Origin: Bacillota bacterium
GTDB lineage: Bacteria > Bacillota > Clostridia > Oscillospirales > Acutalibacteraceae
Reading direction: 5' to 3'
DNA: 64,000 nt
Assembly (NCBI GenBank): GCA_021771115.1
Contig: JAETPP010000001.1
Coordinates: 12,746 to 76,745 of the forward strand
Shown here: positions 49,350-59,185 of the stretch, in pieces
Position numbering within the stretch: the stretch's first letter is position 1
Layout: every line of letters begins with the position of its first letter
The notes under the pieces: model-generated
What the model was told of the DNA's origin: nothing
Database searches by the model: none
What the model saw: only the letters and a program-made list of their open reading frames with translations
Made by a program: the position numbers and the translations under genes

Positions 49350-50147
49350 CTACATCCAGCCGGAGCGGGCGGCCCAAAACCGCAGGAGGGCGATCAGCAG
49401 CAAATGGGCGGGATAAAACACATAAAACAGCCATTTCGTCCAGGGTTTGTCTGTTCCCGGCTTTCCGTTATAGCGGGAAATGCACAATAGGGGCAGGAAT
49501 AGTCCCAGATTGATGCCGCTATAGAGAACATAGGAAAGAAAATCAGGAAGGGAATACGGCCAGTGACCCGTGGTGAAAAGCTCGCTGAGAGGCTGAGTCA
49601 AAAAACGCAGCACTCCGCTGCCGAACAGCACGATGAGGAGATAACCGAGCTTTTGACCGGGAAGATCCTCATAAAAGAAATCGAAGGTGAGGATCATGAC
49701 AAAGCCGATCCCGCCCCAATCTCCCGGCAGGCTGAGCACCAGCAGCAGCGCAAGCAGAAGCACCTTCGGCGCCGGCTTTTCCACTGTGTGGCGGACATGG
49801 AGCCCCAAAACGCTCAGAAAGATGGTGTGGATCACACCGAAGCTTCCAAAATTCAGGGCGGAAAAATTTCCCTGGGCGCTGAACAGGACAAAGGGCACAT
49901 AGCTGACCGCCGCAAAAAGGAACAGCCGAAGGAGATACCGCTTCAAATCCCTTGTATGGCGGTATCCCTGCGCCGCGCAGAAAAACATCAAGGGGCCGGT
50001 AAGCCTGCCGAAAAAACGCAGCACAAAATAGGACACCGTTCCGGCGGACAGGAAAGCAAAGGCCAGGTGGTCCATCAGCATGGCAACAATGGCGATCAGC
50101 TTCAGCTGAAAGGCGCCGAGGCCCTCCTTTTTCAGGCTGTGCTCCAC
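49350..50147 (-). CDS. TraX family membrane protein (putative acyltransferase)
   Basis: LKLIAIVAMLMDH, GRL..P, YNG.PG, WLFYVFYPAHL. Confidence 0.85.
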   Translation of the reverse strand: MEHSLKKEGLGAFQLKLIAIVAMLMDHLAFAFLSAGTVSYFVLRFFGRLTGPLMFFCAAQGYRHTRDLKRYLLRLFLFAAVSYVPFVLFSAQGNFSALNFGSFGVIHTIFLSVLGLHVRHTVEKPAPKVLLLALLLVLSLPGDWGGIGFVMILTFDFFYEDLPGQKLGYLLIVLFGSGVLRFLTQPLSELFTTGHWPYSLPDFLSYVLYSGINLGLFLPLLCISRYNGKPGTDKPWTKWLFYVFYPAHLLLIALLRFWAARSGWM

Positions 50148-50201
50148 GCTGTTTTCCCTTCTTTCTGATACCGTTTCTTTAGCTTCGAGGACTCGGGGAA
50201 G

Positions 50202-51491
50202 CTATCTTCCGCTTTTAAAGCTTTCCAGGTCGATCGCCTTGCCGCCGTTCAAGCGGGATTCCTCCGCCGCCAATGCGATGAAATGGCTCTCCATGGAGTT
50301 TTCCAGGGTAGTGGTACGCTCGGTGGCTTCTCTGCCGTTTAAGAGCATATCCAGGAAATCGGCAACGATGCCGCTGTCTCCGCCGCCATGGCCCTTCAGG
50401 TCAGACGCCAAAGCACCTACATCGATCACTTCCTCCGGCTTGCCGAACTCCCGGATATGGATCACGTTGGAGATCATATCCGCTTCGATCTCTCCCTTTG
50501 TTCCCATGGCCTTAAAATAGCGGTAGCAGCTTTCGGTAAAGGCGCACATGGTAAAGCTGATGGTGGAGCCATCCTCCATGAGAAGATTGGTCTGCTGGTG
50601 GTCTACCACATCGTTGTCGCAATGGTAGACGCAGCGTCCGTAAGGACCGTTTTTCAACGCTTCATAGGTGCTTTCCACTGTGTTTTCCACGCTGAGAACA
50701 GAAGTGATCCAGTTATCGTTATGGGTAGCTCTTCCTGTTTTCGGGCTGGTGATGTAGATTTTTTCCGCATCGAACACACAATTTTCTTTTGCCTTGCAGC
50801 CCCCCAGGCAATAGGGCGTGGCCCCTTCGGGAGCGCACTCCTTTTTAAACAGCTGGGTGCCGCCAAAAGAGGAAACCGTTTTGCACTTTTTTCCCAGAAG
50901 CCAAGTGAGAATATCCATGTCATGGCAGGATTTTTGCAGGATCATGGGGCTGGTCTCCTTGGAGTTCCGCCAGTTGCCCCGCACAAAGGAATGGGCCTGG
51001 TGCCAGTAGCCCACGTTCTCATTGGCGCAGATGGAGACCACATCGCCGATGCGCCCGCCGGAGATCAGATCCTTCAGGGTGTTATAGAAGGTGGTATAGC
51101 GCAGCACATGGCAGACAATGATCTTGCCGGGGCAGTTCTTTGCCACCTCCAGAATTTCCCGGCATTTGGAAAGCTCCGGAGAAATGGGCTTTTCCATCAT
51201 GATATGATAGCCCTTTTTCAGCGCGGGGATGGCATGGCCCACATGCTGGCGGTCCATGGTGGAGACCACCATCACATCGGCCAGTTTTTCGTGCTCCAGC
51301 ATTTCCTCGCCGGAAAGAAAGCAGTTCTCTTCCGGAATATCGTACAGCTCTTTGGCCTTTTGTACCTTAGCGGGGTTCAGATCCGCCACGGCGACGACCT
51401 TCATTTTATCGGGAAACAGGTTCTGCATGGAAGCGTACGTGCTGCCTCTGTCCCCAAAACCGCAGATGGCAAATGTAATCGGTGCTTTCAT
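50202..51491 (-). CDS. Gfo/Idh/MocA family oxidoreductase
   Basis: GFGDRG, MEKP, CHVLRY, HSFVRGNW, KSCHDMD, HGGGD. Confidence 0.9.
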   Translation of the reverse strand: MKAPITFAICGFGDRGSTYASMQNLFPDKMKVVAVADLNPAKVQKAKELYDIPEENCFLSGEEMLEHEKLADVMVVSTMDRQHVGHAIPALKKGYHIMMEKPISPELSKCREILEVAKNCPGKIIVCHVLRYTTFYNTLKDLISGGRIGDVVSICANENVGYWHQAHSFVRGNWRNSKETSPMILQKSCHDMDILTWLLGKKCKTVSSFGGTQLFKKECAPEGATPYCLGGCKAKENCVFDAEKIYITSPKTGRATHNDNWITSVLSVENTVESTYEALKNGPYGRCVYHCDNDVVDHQQTNLLMEDGSTISFTMCAFTESCYRYFKAMGTKGEIEADMISNVIHIREFGKPEEVIDVGALASDLKGHGGGDSGIVADFLDMLLNGREATERTTTLENSMESHFIALAAEESRLNGGKAIDLESFKSGR

Positions 51492-51525
51492 TGTGTTAAA
51501 TTTCCTTTCCTGCTTATTATTTTTT

Positions 51526-52059
51526 TTATCCTTCCAGCGCATCCTGTTCCTCTCCCAGGAAATGCAGAAAAGCAAGCTTATAGTCCTTCAGGTGCTCTAT
51601 GAGAGAAGGTGGAAAAGCGCCTTCCTTTATCATTTGTACAAATTCTGGAAAGCTCACCCACCTGGCATCACAGGTTTCGCCCTTTTGCAGCACAACATCC
51701 TTAAGGTCCACCTCCAGATGGACTCCGTAATCCCGGCCAAGATAAGGCCAGGCACAGGAAGCGCCCAGCAGGGTAAGCTGCTCTTTTGTCACGGAAATAC
51801 CCGTTTCCTCCCTGAGCTCCCGGAGCACGGCGTGCTCCGGCGTTTCTCCGGCCTGCACGTGTCCGGCGGGGTTTTCCCACATACCGGGGGCGTAGCTCTT
51901 TTCCATGCTGCGCTTTGTCAGAAATATTTTGCCCCGGCTGTCTTGAAGCCATATCCCCACGGCGAGGCGGTATTCCCCCTCTCCCATAGGTGTGCTTTTC
52001 TCCACGATTTTTCCCGTGACATTTCCGCTTTGATCGTAAACGTCGATTTTTTCTTCCAT
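51526..52059 (-). CDS. NUDIX hydrolase (IDI-like)
   Basis: GHVQAGETPEHAVLRELREETGI Nudix box. Confidence 0.9.
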   Translation of the reverse strand: MEEKIDVYDQSGNVTGKIVEKSTPMGEGEYRLAVGIWLQDSRGKIFLTKRSMEKSYAPGMWENPAGHVQAGETPEHAVLRELREETGISVTKEQLTLLGASCAWPYLGRDYGVHLEVDLKDVVLQKGETCDARWVSFPEFVQMIKEGAFPPSLIEHLKDYKLAFLHFLGEEQDALEG

Positions 52060-52112
52060 ACGTTCCTCTTACTCACTAACGACTGCTCTTTTCTCTTCCC
52101 AGCAAAGGGCGA

Positions 52113-53399
52113 TCATCCTGCCGCCCCGGCCTCCAGCGCCCGTTTGCCGATATCCTTTCGGTACATGGCGCCCTCAAAGGCGATCGTTTCCACGGCGGCA
52201 TAGGCGTTTTGCAGGGCTTTTTCCAGGCTCTCTCCCTTTGCGGTCACACCCAGCACGCGGCCGCCGCTGGTGGTAAATTTCCCGTTTTCCAGCTTTGTTC
52301 CGGCATGGTACACCGTGGCGTCCGCCGCCTGCCCGTTTTCCGTGAGGCCGTGGATCTCAATGCCCTTCGGATAGCTGCCGGGATAGCCGCCGCTTGCCAT
52401 GACCACACAGGCGCAGGGCTCCGGTGACCACTGAAGGTCCAGCTCTGACAGGCGTTCCTCCCGGACAGCGGTGATGATCTCCACGAGATCTGTTTGAAGC
52501 CGGGGCAGCACCACCTGGGTCTCCGGGTCGCCGAAGCGGGAATTGTATTCGATGACCTTGGGGCCGTCGGGGGTGAGCATCAGGCCGAAATAGAGACAAC
52601 CCTTAAATTTTCTGCCTTCCGCGTTCATGGCGTTCATGGTGGGCAGGAAGATCTTCTCCATGCACTCTTTGGCCACTTCCTCTGTGTAATACGGGTTCGG
52701 GCTGACGGTGCCCATGCCGCCGGTATTGGGGCCCTTATCCCCATCGCAGGCCCGCTTGTGATCCATGGAGGAAACCATGGGACACATGGCTTTTCCATCG
52801 GTAAAAGCCAGCACGGAAACCTCGGGGCCGGTAAGGAATTCCTCTACCACCACTTCAGAACCGGAAGCGCCGAAGATCTTATCCTCCATAATGGTGCGGA
52901 GGGCGTCCCGGGCCTCTTCCCTGTTCCCGGCAATGATGACTCCCTTGCCCAAAGCAAGGCCGTCCGCCTTGATGACCACGGGGTATTTCCCCAGGCCTTC
53001 TATGTATTCCATTGCCTTTTCAGGAGCGCTGAACACCTCGTATTCCGCCGTGGGAATCCCGTATTTCTTCATGAGGTTTTTGGAAAACACCTTGCTGGCT
53101 TCGATCTGGGCAGCCGCGGCACAGGGGCCGAAGCAGGGAATTCCGGCGGCCTCCAGATGATCTACCATGCCGGCGGCAAGGGGATCGTCCGGAGCCACGA
53201 ACACAAAGTCGATCTGCTCCTTTTTCACCAAAGCGAGCATTCCCTCTTTGTCCATGGCGTTCACAGGGACACATTCCGCATCGCAGGATATCCCGCCGTT
53301 GCCGGGAGCGCAGTAGAGCTTTTCCACCCTGGGGCTTTCCTTCAATTTTCGGACAATGGCGTGTTCCCGTCCACCGCTGCCGATCACTAAAATTTTCAT
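52113..53399 (-). CDS. purD: Phosphoribosylamine-glycine ligase
   Basis: GSGGREHA, KADGLALGKGV, GPNTGGMG, RFGDPETQ. Confidence 0.97.
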   Translation of the reverse strand: MKILVIGSGGREHAIVRKLKESPRVEKLYCAPGNGGISCDAECVPVNAMDKEGMLALVKKEQIDFVFVAPDDPLAAGMVDHLEAAGIPCFGPCAAAAQIEASKVFSKNLMKKYGIPTAEYEVFSAPEKAMEYIEGLGKYPVVIKADGLALGKGVIIAGNREEARDALRTIMEDKIFGASGSEVVVEEFLTGPEVSVLAFTDGKAMCPMVSSMDHKRACDGDKGPNTGGMGTVSPNPYYTEEVAKECMEKIFLPTMNAMNAEGRKFKGCLYFGLMLTPDGPKVIEYNSRFGDPETQVVLPRLQTDLVEIITAVREERLSELDLQWSPEPCACVVMASGGYPGSYPKGIEIHGLTENGQAADATVYHAGTKLENGKFTTSGGRVLGVTAKGESLEKALQNAYAAVETIAFEGAMYRKDIGKRALEAGAAG

Positions 53400-53422
53400 A
53401 GTCTTCCTCCTGCCCTTCCTGT

Positions 53423-53454
53423 CTAACGACTAACAACTAACAACTAACGACTAA
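53423..53454. repeat. (CTAACRA)n heptamer array starting at the purH stop
   Basis: CTAACGA-CTAACAA-CTAACAA-CTAACGA-CTAA. Confidence 0.85.
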
Positions 53455-54626
53455 TGATGGAACAGCCTAATCCCGGTAAATGCCATAGCGATATTGTACT
53501 TATCGCAGGTGGCGATCACGTTATCGTCCCGAATGGAGCCGCCGGGCTGGGCGATAAATTCCACGCCGCTCTTATGGGCCCGCTCGATGTTGTCGCCAAA
53601 GGGGAAAAACGCGTCACTTCCCAGGGCCACGCCGCTCATGGTATCGAGCCAGGCACGGCGCTCTTCCCGGGTGAAAATCTCCGGCTTCTCGGTGAAGAAA
53701 TTCTCCCACTGGCCGTCCGCAAGCACGTCCATGCACTCGTCGGAAATGTACACGTCGATGGTATTGTCCCGGTCGGGGCGGCGGATATCCTTCTTAAAGG
53801 GCAGGTTCAAGACCTTGGGGCACTGGCGCAGATACCAGTTATCCGCCTTATTGCCCGCAAGGCGGGTGCAGTGCACGCGGCTCTGCTGGCCGGCGCCCAC
53901 GCCGATGGCCTGCCCGTTTTTCACGTAGCAGACGGAATTGGACTGGGTGTACTTCAGGGTGATGAGGGACACGATCAGATCCCGCTTTGCTTCCTCGGTG
54001 AGGTTCTTGTTTTTCGTGGGAAGCTCCTTCAGAAGCTCACTATCAATTTTCAACTCGTTTCTGCCCTGCTCAAAGGTGATGCCGAACACATCCTTGTGCT
54101 CGATGGGCGCGGGGACGTAATCCGGGTCGATCTGCACCACGTTGTAATTGCCCTTGCGCTTGGTTTTGAGGATCTCCAAGGCTTCCTCCGTATAGCCGGG
54201 GGCGATCACGCCGTCGGAGACCTCACGGGCCAGCAGCGTGGCTGTCTCCTTATCGCAAATATCGGAAAGGGCCGCCCAATCGCCGTAAGAGGACATGCGG
54301 TCAGCGCCGCGGGCCGCCGCATAGGCGGAGGCAATGGGAGAAAGGGTGAGATCGTCCACAAAATAGATCTTCTTCAGGGTATCGGAAAGGGGCGTATACA
54401 CCGCCGCGCCCGCCGGGCTCACATGCTTAAAGGAAGCCGCCGCGGGCAGGCCGGTAGCCGCCTTCAGCTCTTTGACCAGCTGCCAGGAATTGAAGGCATC
54501 CAGAAAATTGATATAGCCGGGCTTGCCGTTTAGCACGGTAACGGGCAGTGCTGAGCCATCCTTCATAAAGATCCTGGAGGGCTTCTGGTTGGGGTTGCAG
54601 CCGTACTTCAATGCCAGTTCGTTCAT
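53451..54626 (-). CDS. purH: AICAR transformylase (PurH C-terminal domain only)
   Basis: Starts at LKYGCNPNQ; KHVSP, QQSRVHC, SDAFFPF, QPGGS, TGIRLFHH; no IMPCH domain. Confidence 0.9.
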   Translation of the reverse strand: MNELALKYGCNPNQKPSRIFMKDGSALPVTVLNGKPGYINFLDAFNSWQLVKELKAATGLPAAASFKHVSPAGAAVYTPLSDTLKKIYFVDDLTLSPIASAYAAARGADRMSSYGDWAALSDICDKETATLLAREVSDGVIAPGYTEEALEILKTKRKGNYNVVQIDPDYVPAPIEHKDVFGITFEQGRNELKIDSELLKELPTKNKNLTEEAKRDLIVSLITLKYTQSNSVCYVKNGQAIGVGAGQQSRVHCTRLAGNKADNWYLRQCPKVLNLPFKKDIRRPDRDNTIDVYISDECMDVLADGQWENFFTEKPEIFTREERRAWLDTMSGVALGSDAFFPFGDNIERAHKSGVEFIAQPGGSIRDDNVIATCDKYNIAMAFTGIRLFHH

Positions 54627-54705
54627 GTTCGTTGCTCCTTGGTTTCTAAAGTTATTGGTTGCTGTGATCAGAGAAGGGCAAGGACCTCCCGCCCTAATGT
54701 ATCAC

Positions 54706-55416
54706 TTATCCGTTCTTATTGACGATCCGGGTTTCGGTTTTTCCGGTGGCAAGCTCGATGTACCGCACAAACAGGGAAACCTTGTTGTCTTCATTGAGGG
54801 CGTTCCATGTTTCCCTGGTGAAGGTATCGATATCGCCGGAAAGCTGTACCGGGGTGGGCTCGCCTTCAAAGGAGGGCACCGGGTCGCCGTCGCCCTGATA
54901 GGTGTGGATAAAGTGGCCGAGACCCGGCTTTGCCTCATATTCAAAGAACTGGCGCTGGGCATAGTTTTCATCTCCATCGGTGCTTTTCAAAATGGAGAGC
55001 TTATAGGAATACTCCCCTTTTCCGTATTCCAAAATGCCGGAAATACGGGGAGTGAGGATCGGTGGGTCAGGCTCAAAGGTGCGGGTGCGCAGCGCCTCTT
55101 CAAAGGTTTTTCCCGCCTGCAAAAACTCGTAAACGGTATCGGTCTGGTCGCCGTTGGTGACGATCATGCCGTCCTTACACATACGCACCGGAAAATAGAT
55201 CACAAGAGAGGGATCGGACAGCAGGGCCGGGTCAAAGGCCTTGGTGCGCAGGTTCTCCCCCTCCGCTTCAAACACCCGGTTGCGGCTGTTCACACTGCGG
55301 CCCATGATAAAATAGGCCGTCACGGCATAGCGCCCATCCTCACTTTTTCCGATCATGATCCCCCTGCCCGGATAAGAATTTCCCCGCAGGTCTTCTAAAA
55401 AACTGACAGCTTTCAC
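54706..55416 (-). CDS. IMP cyclohydrolase, PurO-like (Ntn fold)
   Basis: YPGRGI, YFIMGRS.NSRNR, IVTNGDQTD, TPRISG; between purN and the truncated purH. Confidence 0.8.
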   Translation of the reverse strand: MKAVSFLEDLRGNSYPGRGIMIGKSEDGRYAVTAYFIMGRSVNSRNRVFEAEGENLRTKAFDPALLSDPSLVIYFPVRMCKDGMIVTNGDQTDTVYEFLQAGKTFEEALRTRTFEPDPPILTPRISGILEYGKGEYSYKLSILKSTDGDENYAQRQFFEYEAKPGLGHFIHTYQGDGDPVPSFEGEPTPVQLSGDIDTFTRETWNALNEDNKVSLFVRYIELATGKTETRIVNKNG

Positions 55417-55436
55417 AGCAAGCTCTCCCTTCCGTT

Positions 55437-56069
55437 TTATGCTTTCTCCTGAATATGAACGATCCCGTTTTCCACCCGAAGCCTTCCCTCGCAGAACAGG
55501 GAAACTGCCTCGGGCAAAAGATGCCATTCGGCCTCCTCCATCACCCGTTTTTGCAGTATTTCCGGGGTATCCCCTTCCTTTACCTCCACCGCCTTTTGCA
55601 GGACAATGGGGCCGCCATCGCAGACCTCATTGACAAAATGCACGGTAGCCCCCGTGACCTTTACGCCCCGCTCCAGAACGGCCTCATGAACATGCAGGCC
55701 GTAATAGCCCTTGCCGCCAAAGGCGGGCAGCAGCGCCGGGTGGACGTTTAAAATGCGATTCTCGAACGCGCGGACGAAGTTTTCTCCGGTAATGGTGAGA
55801 AAACCGGCCAAAACCACCAGCTCTACCTTTCGCTCCCGCAGAGCATCGATCAGGGCTTCGCTGTAGGCGTTCACATCGGGATAGTCCTTCCGGCACAGAA
55901 TGATCGCTTCTATTCCGGCTTTTTTCGCCCGCTCCAATGCAAAGGCGTCCGCCTTGCTTGCGATCACCACCCGGAGCGTGCCGTTTTTGATTTTCCCGGC
56001 ATTCTGGGCATCGATGAGCTTTTGCAGGTTGGTGCCGCCGCCCGACACCAGCACGCCGATGTTCAGCAC
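55437..56069 (-). CDS. purN: Phosphoribosylglycinamide formyltransferase
   Basis: [27 protein letters not shown]. Confidence 0.96.
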   Translation of the reverse strand: MLNIGVLVSGGGTNLQKLIDAQNAGKIKNGTLRVVIASKADAFALERAKKAGIEAIILCRKDYPDVNAYSEALIDALRERKVELVVLAGFLTITGENFVRAFENRILNVHPALLPAFGGKGYYGLHVHEAVLERGVKVTGATVHFVNEVCDGGPIVLQKAVEVKEGDTPEILQKRVMEEAEWHLLPEAVSLFCEGRLRVENGIVHIQEKA

Positions 56070-57097
56070 AGCACGACCCCCTCTTCACCGGAGACGACCT
56101 CGCCGATGACAACGGCCTTTTCCCCCGCGCCTTCTATGGCGGCGATGGCTGCCTGAGCGGTTTCCCTGGATACCGCCATGCACAGGCCGACGCCCATGTT
56201 AAAGGTGTTGTACATATCGTGCTCCGGGATATTTCCGACCTTTTGCATCAGCGGGAAAATGGGAAGCACGGGCACGGCCGCCTTTTCTACCTTTGCTGTC
56301 AAACCCGGCCGCAGCATCCGGGGAATGTTCTCATAGAAGCCGCCGCCGGTAATATGGGAAACGGCCTTTACATCCGCGCTTTCCGTGGCGGCCAGAGCGG
56401 CCTTCACATAGATGCGGGTGGGCGTGAGCAAGGTCTCGCCCAGGGTGCCGCCCAGTTCTTCATAATACTTGCCGATATTGCTTTCATCCAGGCCGAAAAC
56501 CTTCCGCACCAGGGAAAAGCCGTTGGAATGGACGCCGGAGGAGCACACGCCCAAAAGCACATCTCCCGCCTGAAGCTTAGAGCCGTCAATGACCTTGGGC
56601 TTGTCCACCAGGCCGACGGTAAAGCCCGCCAGGTCGTAATCCTCCTCCGGCATCATGCCGGGGTGTTCGGCGGTTTCCCCGCCGATCAGGGCGCAGCCGG
56701 CCTGCACACAGCCCTCCGCTACCCCCGCCACGATCTGCGCGATCTTTTCCGGGATATTTTTTCCGCAGGCGATATAATCCAGGAAGAACAGAGGCTTTGC
56801 CCCGCAGCAGACCACATCGTTTACGCACATGGCCACCGCGTCGATCCCGATGGTATCGTGCTTGTCCAGCAGCATGGCCACCTTCAGCTTTGTGCCCACG
56901 CCGTCTGTGCCGGAAACCAGGATCGGCTCCGCCATTCCGGAAACCTCCGGGGCGAACAGGCCGCCGAAGCCGCCGATGCCGGAAACCACACCGGGGATCA
57001 TGGTGCGCTTTACATGCTCTTTCATCAATTCCACAGATTTGTACCCGGCGGTCACATCCACGCCCGCCGCCTTGTAACTATCGCTGTAGCTTTTCAT
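56063..57097 (-). CDS. purM: AIR synthase
   Basis: [37 protein letters not shown]. Confidence 0.97.
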   Translation of the reverse strand: MKSYSDSYKAAGVDVTAGYKSVELMKEHVKRTMIPGVVSGIGGFGGLFAPEVSGMAEPILVSGTDGVGTKLKVAMLLDKHDTIGIDAVAMCVNDVVCCGAKPLFFLDYIACGKNIPEKIAQIVAGVAEGCVQAGCALIGGETAEHPGMMPEEDYDLAGFTVGLVDKPKVIDGSKLQAGDVLLGVCSSGVHSNGFSLVRKVFGLDESNIGKYYEELGGTLGETLLTPTRIYVKAALAATESADVKAVSHITGGGFYENIPRMLRPGLTAKVEKAAVPVLPIFPLMQKVGNIPEHDMYNTFNMGVGLCMAVSRETAQAAIAAIEGAGEKAVVIGEVVSGEEGVVLC

Positions 57098-57170
57098 TGC
57101 AGCAGCTCCTTTTCACAATGATTCTAAAAACAGGAAGGCAGCACCGGGGAGAATCCCCAGTGTTGCCTAA

Positions 57171-57369
57171 AGCCAGACGGCGCAAATATGAGCCCGGTTT
57201 TGCCGGGCGTATTTTTGCCCGCCCGTCGTTAAAATGCTCGTGAATCCGAAAGGATCCACTCCGCTTTCGCCTAGGTCGGACTAAAATCCACCACGGCAAA
57301 ACTTCTTCGAACTGAAAACGGACAAAATATTGTCCGTTTTCAGCGGGTTCATATCCGCGCCGTCTGGCT
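57171..57369. mobile_element. MITE-like element with 26-bp imperfect terminal inverted repeats
   Basis: AGCCAGACGGCGCAAATATGAGCCCG ... CGGGTTCATATCCGCGCCGTCTGGCT; internal hairpins; no ORF. Confidence 0.65.
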
Positions 57370-57374
57370 AAAGC

Positions 57375-58604
57375 TTAGATCGCCCAGTTTCCATTTTTGA
57401 AGATCTGTACCTTCTTGCCGTCTCTGGTGTATCCAGTGATGTTCAGCTCCTTGGAGCCCACCATAAAGTCCACATGGATGATGGAATCGTTCACACCCAT
57501 TTCCTTGAGCTCTTCATCGGTTTTGCCCTCAAAGCCCTCGATCGTCTCGTTGAAGCCCGCGCCCAAGGCCACGTGGCAGGCGGCGTTTTCATCGAAGAGG
57601 GTGTTATAGAACAGAATACCGGAATTGGAAATGGGGGAATCATCCGGCACCAGGGCAAGCTCGCCCAGCATGCAGGCGCCCTCGTCCATTTTGATCATAT
57701 GCTCCAAAAGCTCCTGACCCTTCTCGGCCTTTACGGAAACCGCCTTGCCGTCTTTAAAGGTGACGGAGAATTTATCGATCAGGTTGCCCTGATAGGAAAG
57801 AGGCAGAGTAGCCGCCAGCGTCCCCTCGCATTTGCCCTTCATGGGAGAAATGAAAACCTCTTCCGTGGGCATATTGGGATTGTAGAAAATGCCGTTGGGC
57901 AGGGTATCTCCACCACCATGCCAGCGGGCCTCCGGAATCAGCCAGCACTTGAAATCCGTGCCGCTCTTGCTTTCATAGTGGAGATACTCCAGATTCAGGG
58001 AATTGAGCTTTTTGCACTTTTCGGCCAGCGTCTTGTTGTGCTTTTCCCACTCGGCAACGGGGTCGTTCTCCGCCGTGATGCGTACCGTCTGTAAAATGGC
58101 GTTCCACAGCTTTTCCACCGCCACGCTGGCACGGTCCTCCGGGAACACCTTTTTCGCCCACTTTTTGGAGGGAACGGCCACGATGGTCCACTGATGCTTG
58201 TTGTCCATCTTCTTGCGGAAGGGCTTCATGATCGTTCCCCGGGCGGCGCTGGACTTTTGCAGCTTTGCGATGTTTACGCCCTTGAGCCCGTCGGGATCGG
58301 AGGAATCGATATGGATCAATGCGGGCAGAGTGTCCACCATGTACTGCATCTTCGCCTTTTCCCATTCCTCTACACGGGAAAGCTGGGTCAGGGTCTCATG
58401 GCGGTAATGAAGCTTTGTCACCGCCTGGTCGCCCCAGTTCATCATGACCCATTTTGCCCCGGCGCGGTACGCTTCTTCCGCCACCATTTCGGCAAATTCG
58501 TGCTGATCCACCTGGGCGGCGATCACGCAGCCCTGGCCCTTCTGCAGGTTTACCCCGCTCCGGACGGCCAGCCTGGCGTACTTTCTCATGATCGACTTTT
58601 TCAT
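57375..58604 (-). CDS. Aminopeptidase, M29 (AmpS/PepS) family
   Basis: PNMPTEEVF, LGELALV, LFDENAACHVALG, IHVDFM. Confidence 0.93.
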   Translation of the reverse strand: MKKSIMRKYARLAVRSGVNLQKGQGCVIAAQVDQHEFAEMVAEEAYRAGAKWVMMNWGDQAVTKLHYRHETLTQLSRVEEWEKAKMQYMVDTLPALIHIDSSDPDGLKGVNIAKLQKSSAARGTIMKPFRKKMDNKHQWTIVAVPSKKWAKKVFPEDRASVAVEKLWNAILQTVRITAENDPVAEWEKHNKTLAEKCKKLNSLNLEYLHYESKSGTDFKCWLIPEARWHGGGDTLPNGIFYNPNMPTEEVFISPMKGKCEGTLAATLPLSYQGNLIDKFSVTFKDGKAVSVKAEKGQELLEHMIKMDEGACMLGELALVPDDSPISNSGILFYNTLFDENAACHVALGAGFNETIEGFEGKTDEELKEMGVNDSIIHVDFMVGSKELNITGYTRDGKKVQIFKNGNWAI

Positions 58605-58620
58605 GCTGTTCTCTCCCTTT

Positions 58621-59127
58621 TTATTCTATTTCTTTTAGTTTTTCCTGTAATGCCTGATCCTTTTTCGCCACGCCTTCCCGCATTTCCCGTTTCATGGCGG
58701 AAAGCTTTTCCTGAAGCCCCTGGTCGGAAAGGGCCAGCATCTGCGCCGCCAAAATAGCCGCGTTATCCGCACCGTCAATGGCAACGGTGGCAACGGGAAT
58801 TCCCGAAGGCATCTGTACCGTGGCAAGCAGGGCGTCCAGGCCATCCAGGGTAGAGGATTTCACCGGAATGCCAATGACCGGCAGCGTGGTATGGGCCGCC
58901 AGCACCCCCGCCAGGTGGGCCGCCTTTCCCGCGGCGCAAATGATCACGCCAAAGCCGTTTTCGGGAGCGTTTTTGGAAAACTCCGCCGCCTCCTCCGGGG
59001 TGCGGTGGGCGCTCATCACATGGGCCTCAAAGGGGATCTCCAGCGCCTTCAGCCGTTTGATTGCCGGGGTCACCACCGGCAGGTCGCTGTCGCTGCCCAT
59101 GATCACAGCAACTTTTTTCTCACTCAT
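58621..59127 (-). CDS. purE: N5-CAIR mutase
   Basis: IMGSDSD, SAHRTP, QMPSGIPVATV. Confidence 0.96.
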   Translation of the reverse strand: MSEKKVAVIMGSDSDLPVVTPAIKRLKALEIPFEAHVMSAHRTPEEAAEFSKNAPENGFGVIICAAGKAAHLAGVLAAHTTLPVIGIPVKSSTLDGLDALLATVQMPSGIPVATVAIDGADNAAILAAQMLALSDQGLQEKLSAMKREMREGVAKKDQALQEKLKEIE

Positions 59128-59185
59128 TGTAAAGCTCCACTTCCTTTTCCTTGAGCTTCCGCGTTTCTTTCGCAGAACAGAAACG

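Noticed and set aside
49350-50147. Conjugative element (TraX)
   Set aside because: TraX-family membrane proteins are common as lone chromosomal genes; no other tra, relaxase or T4SS genes are present.
57130-57370. ZMP/ZTP (pfl) or purine riboswitch upstream of purM
   Set aside because: The conserved aptamer motifs were not found on the minus strand; the region is better explained by a TIR-bounded element.
11507-58757. Many long antisense or alternative-frame ORFs (e.g. 11507-12901, 14738-16537, 21566-22888, 25193-26668, 42594-43922, 50388-51602)
   Set aside because: They shadow well-supported genes, as expected from high GC3 codon bias, and show no recognisable motifs.
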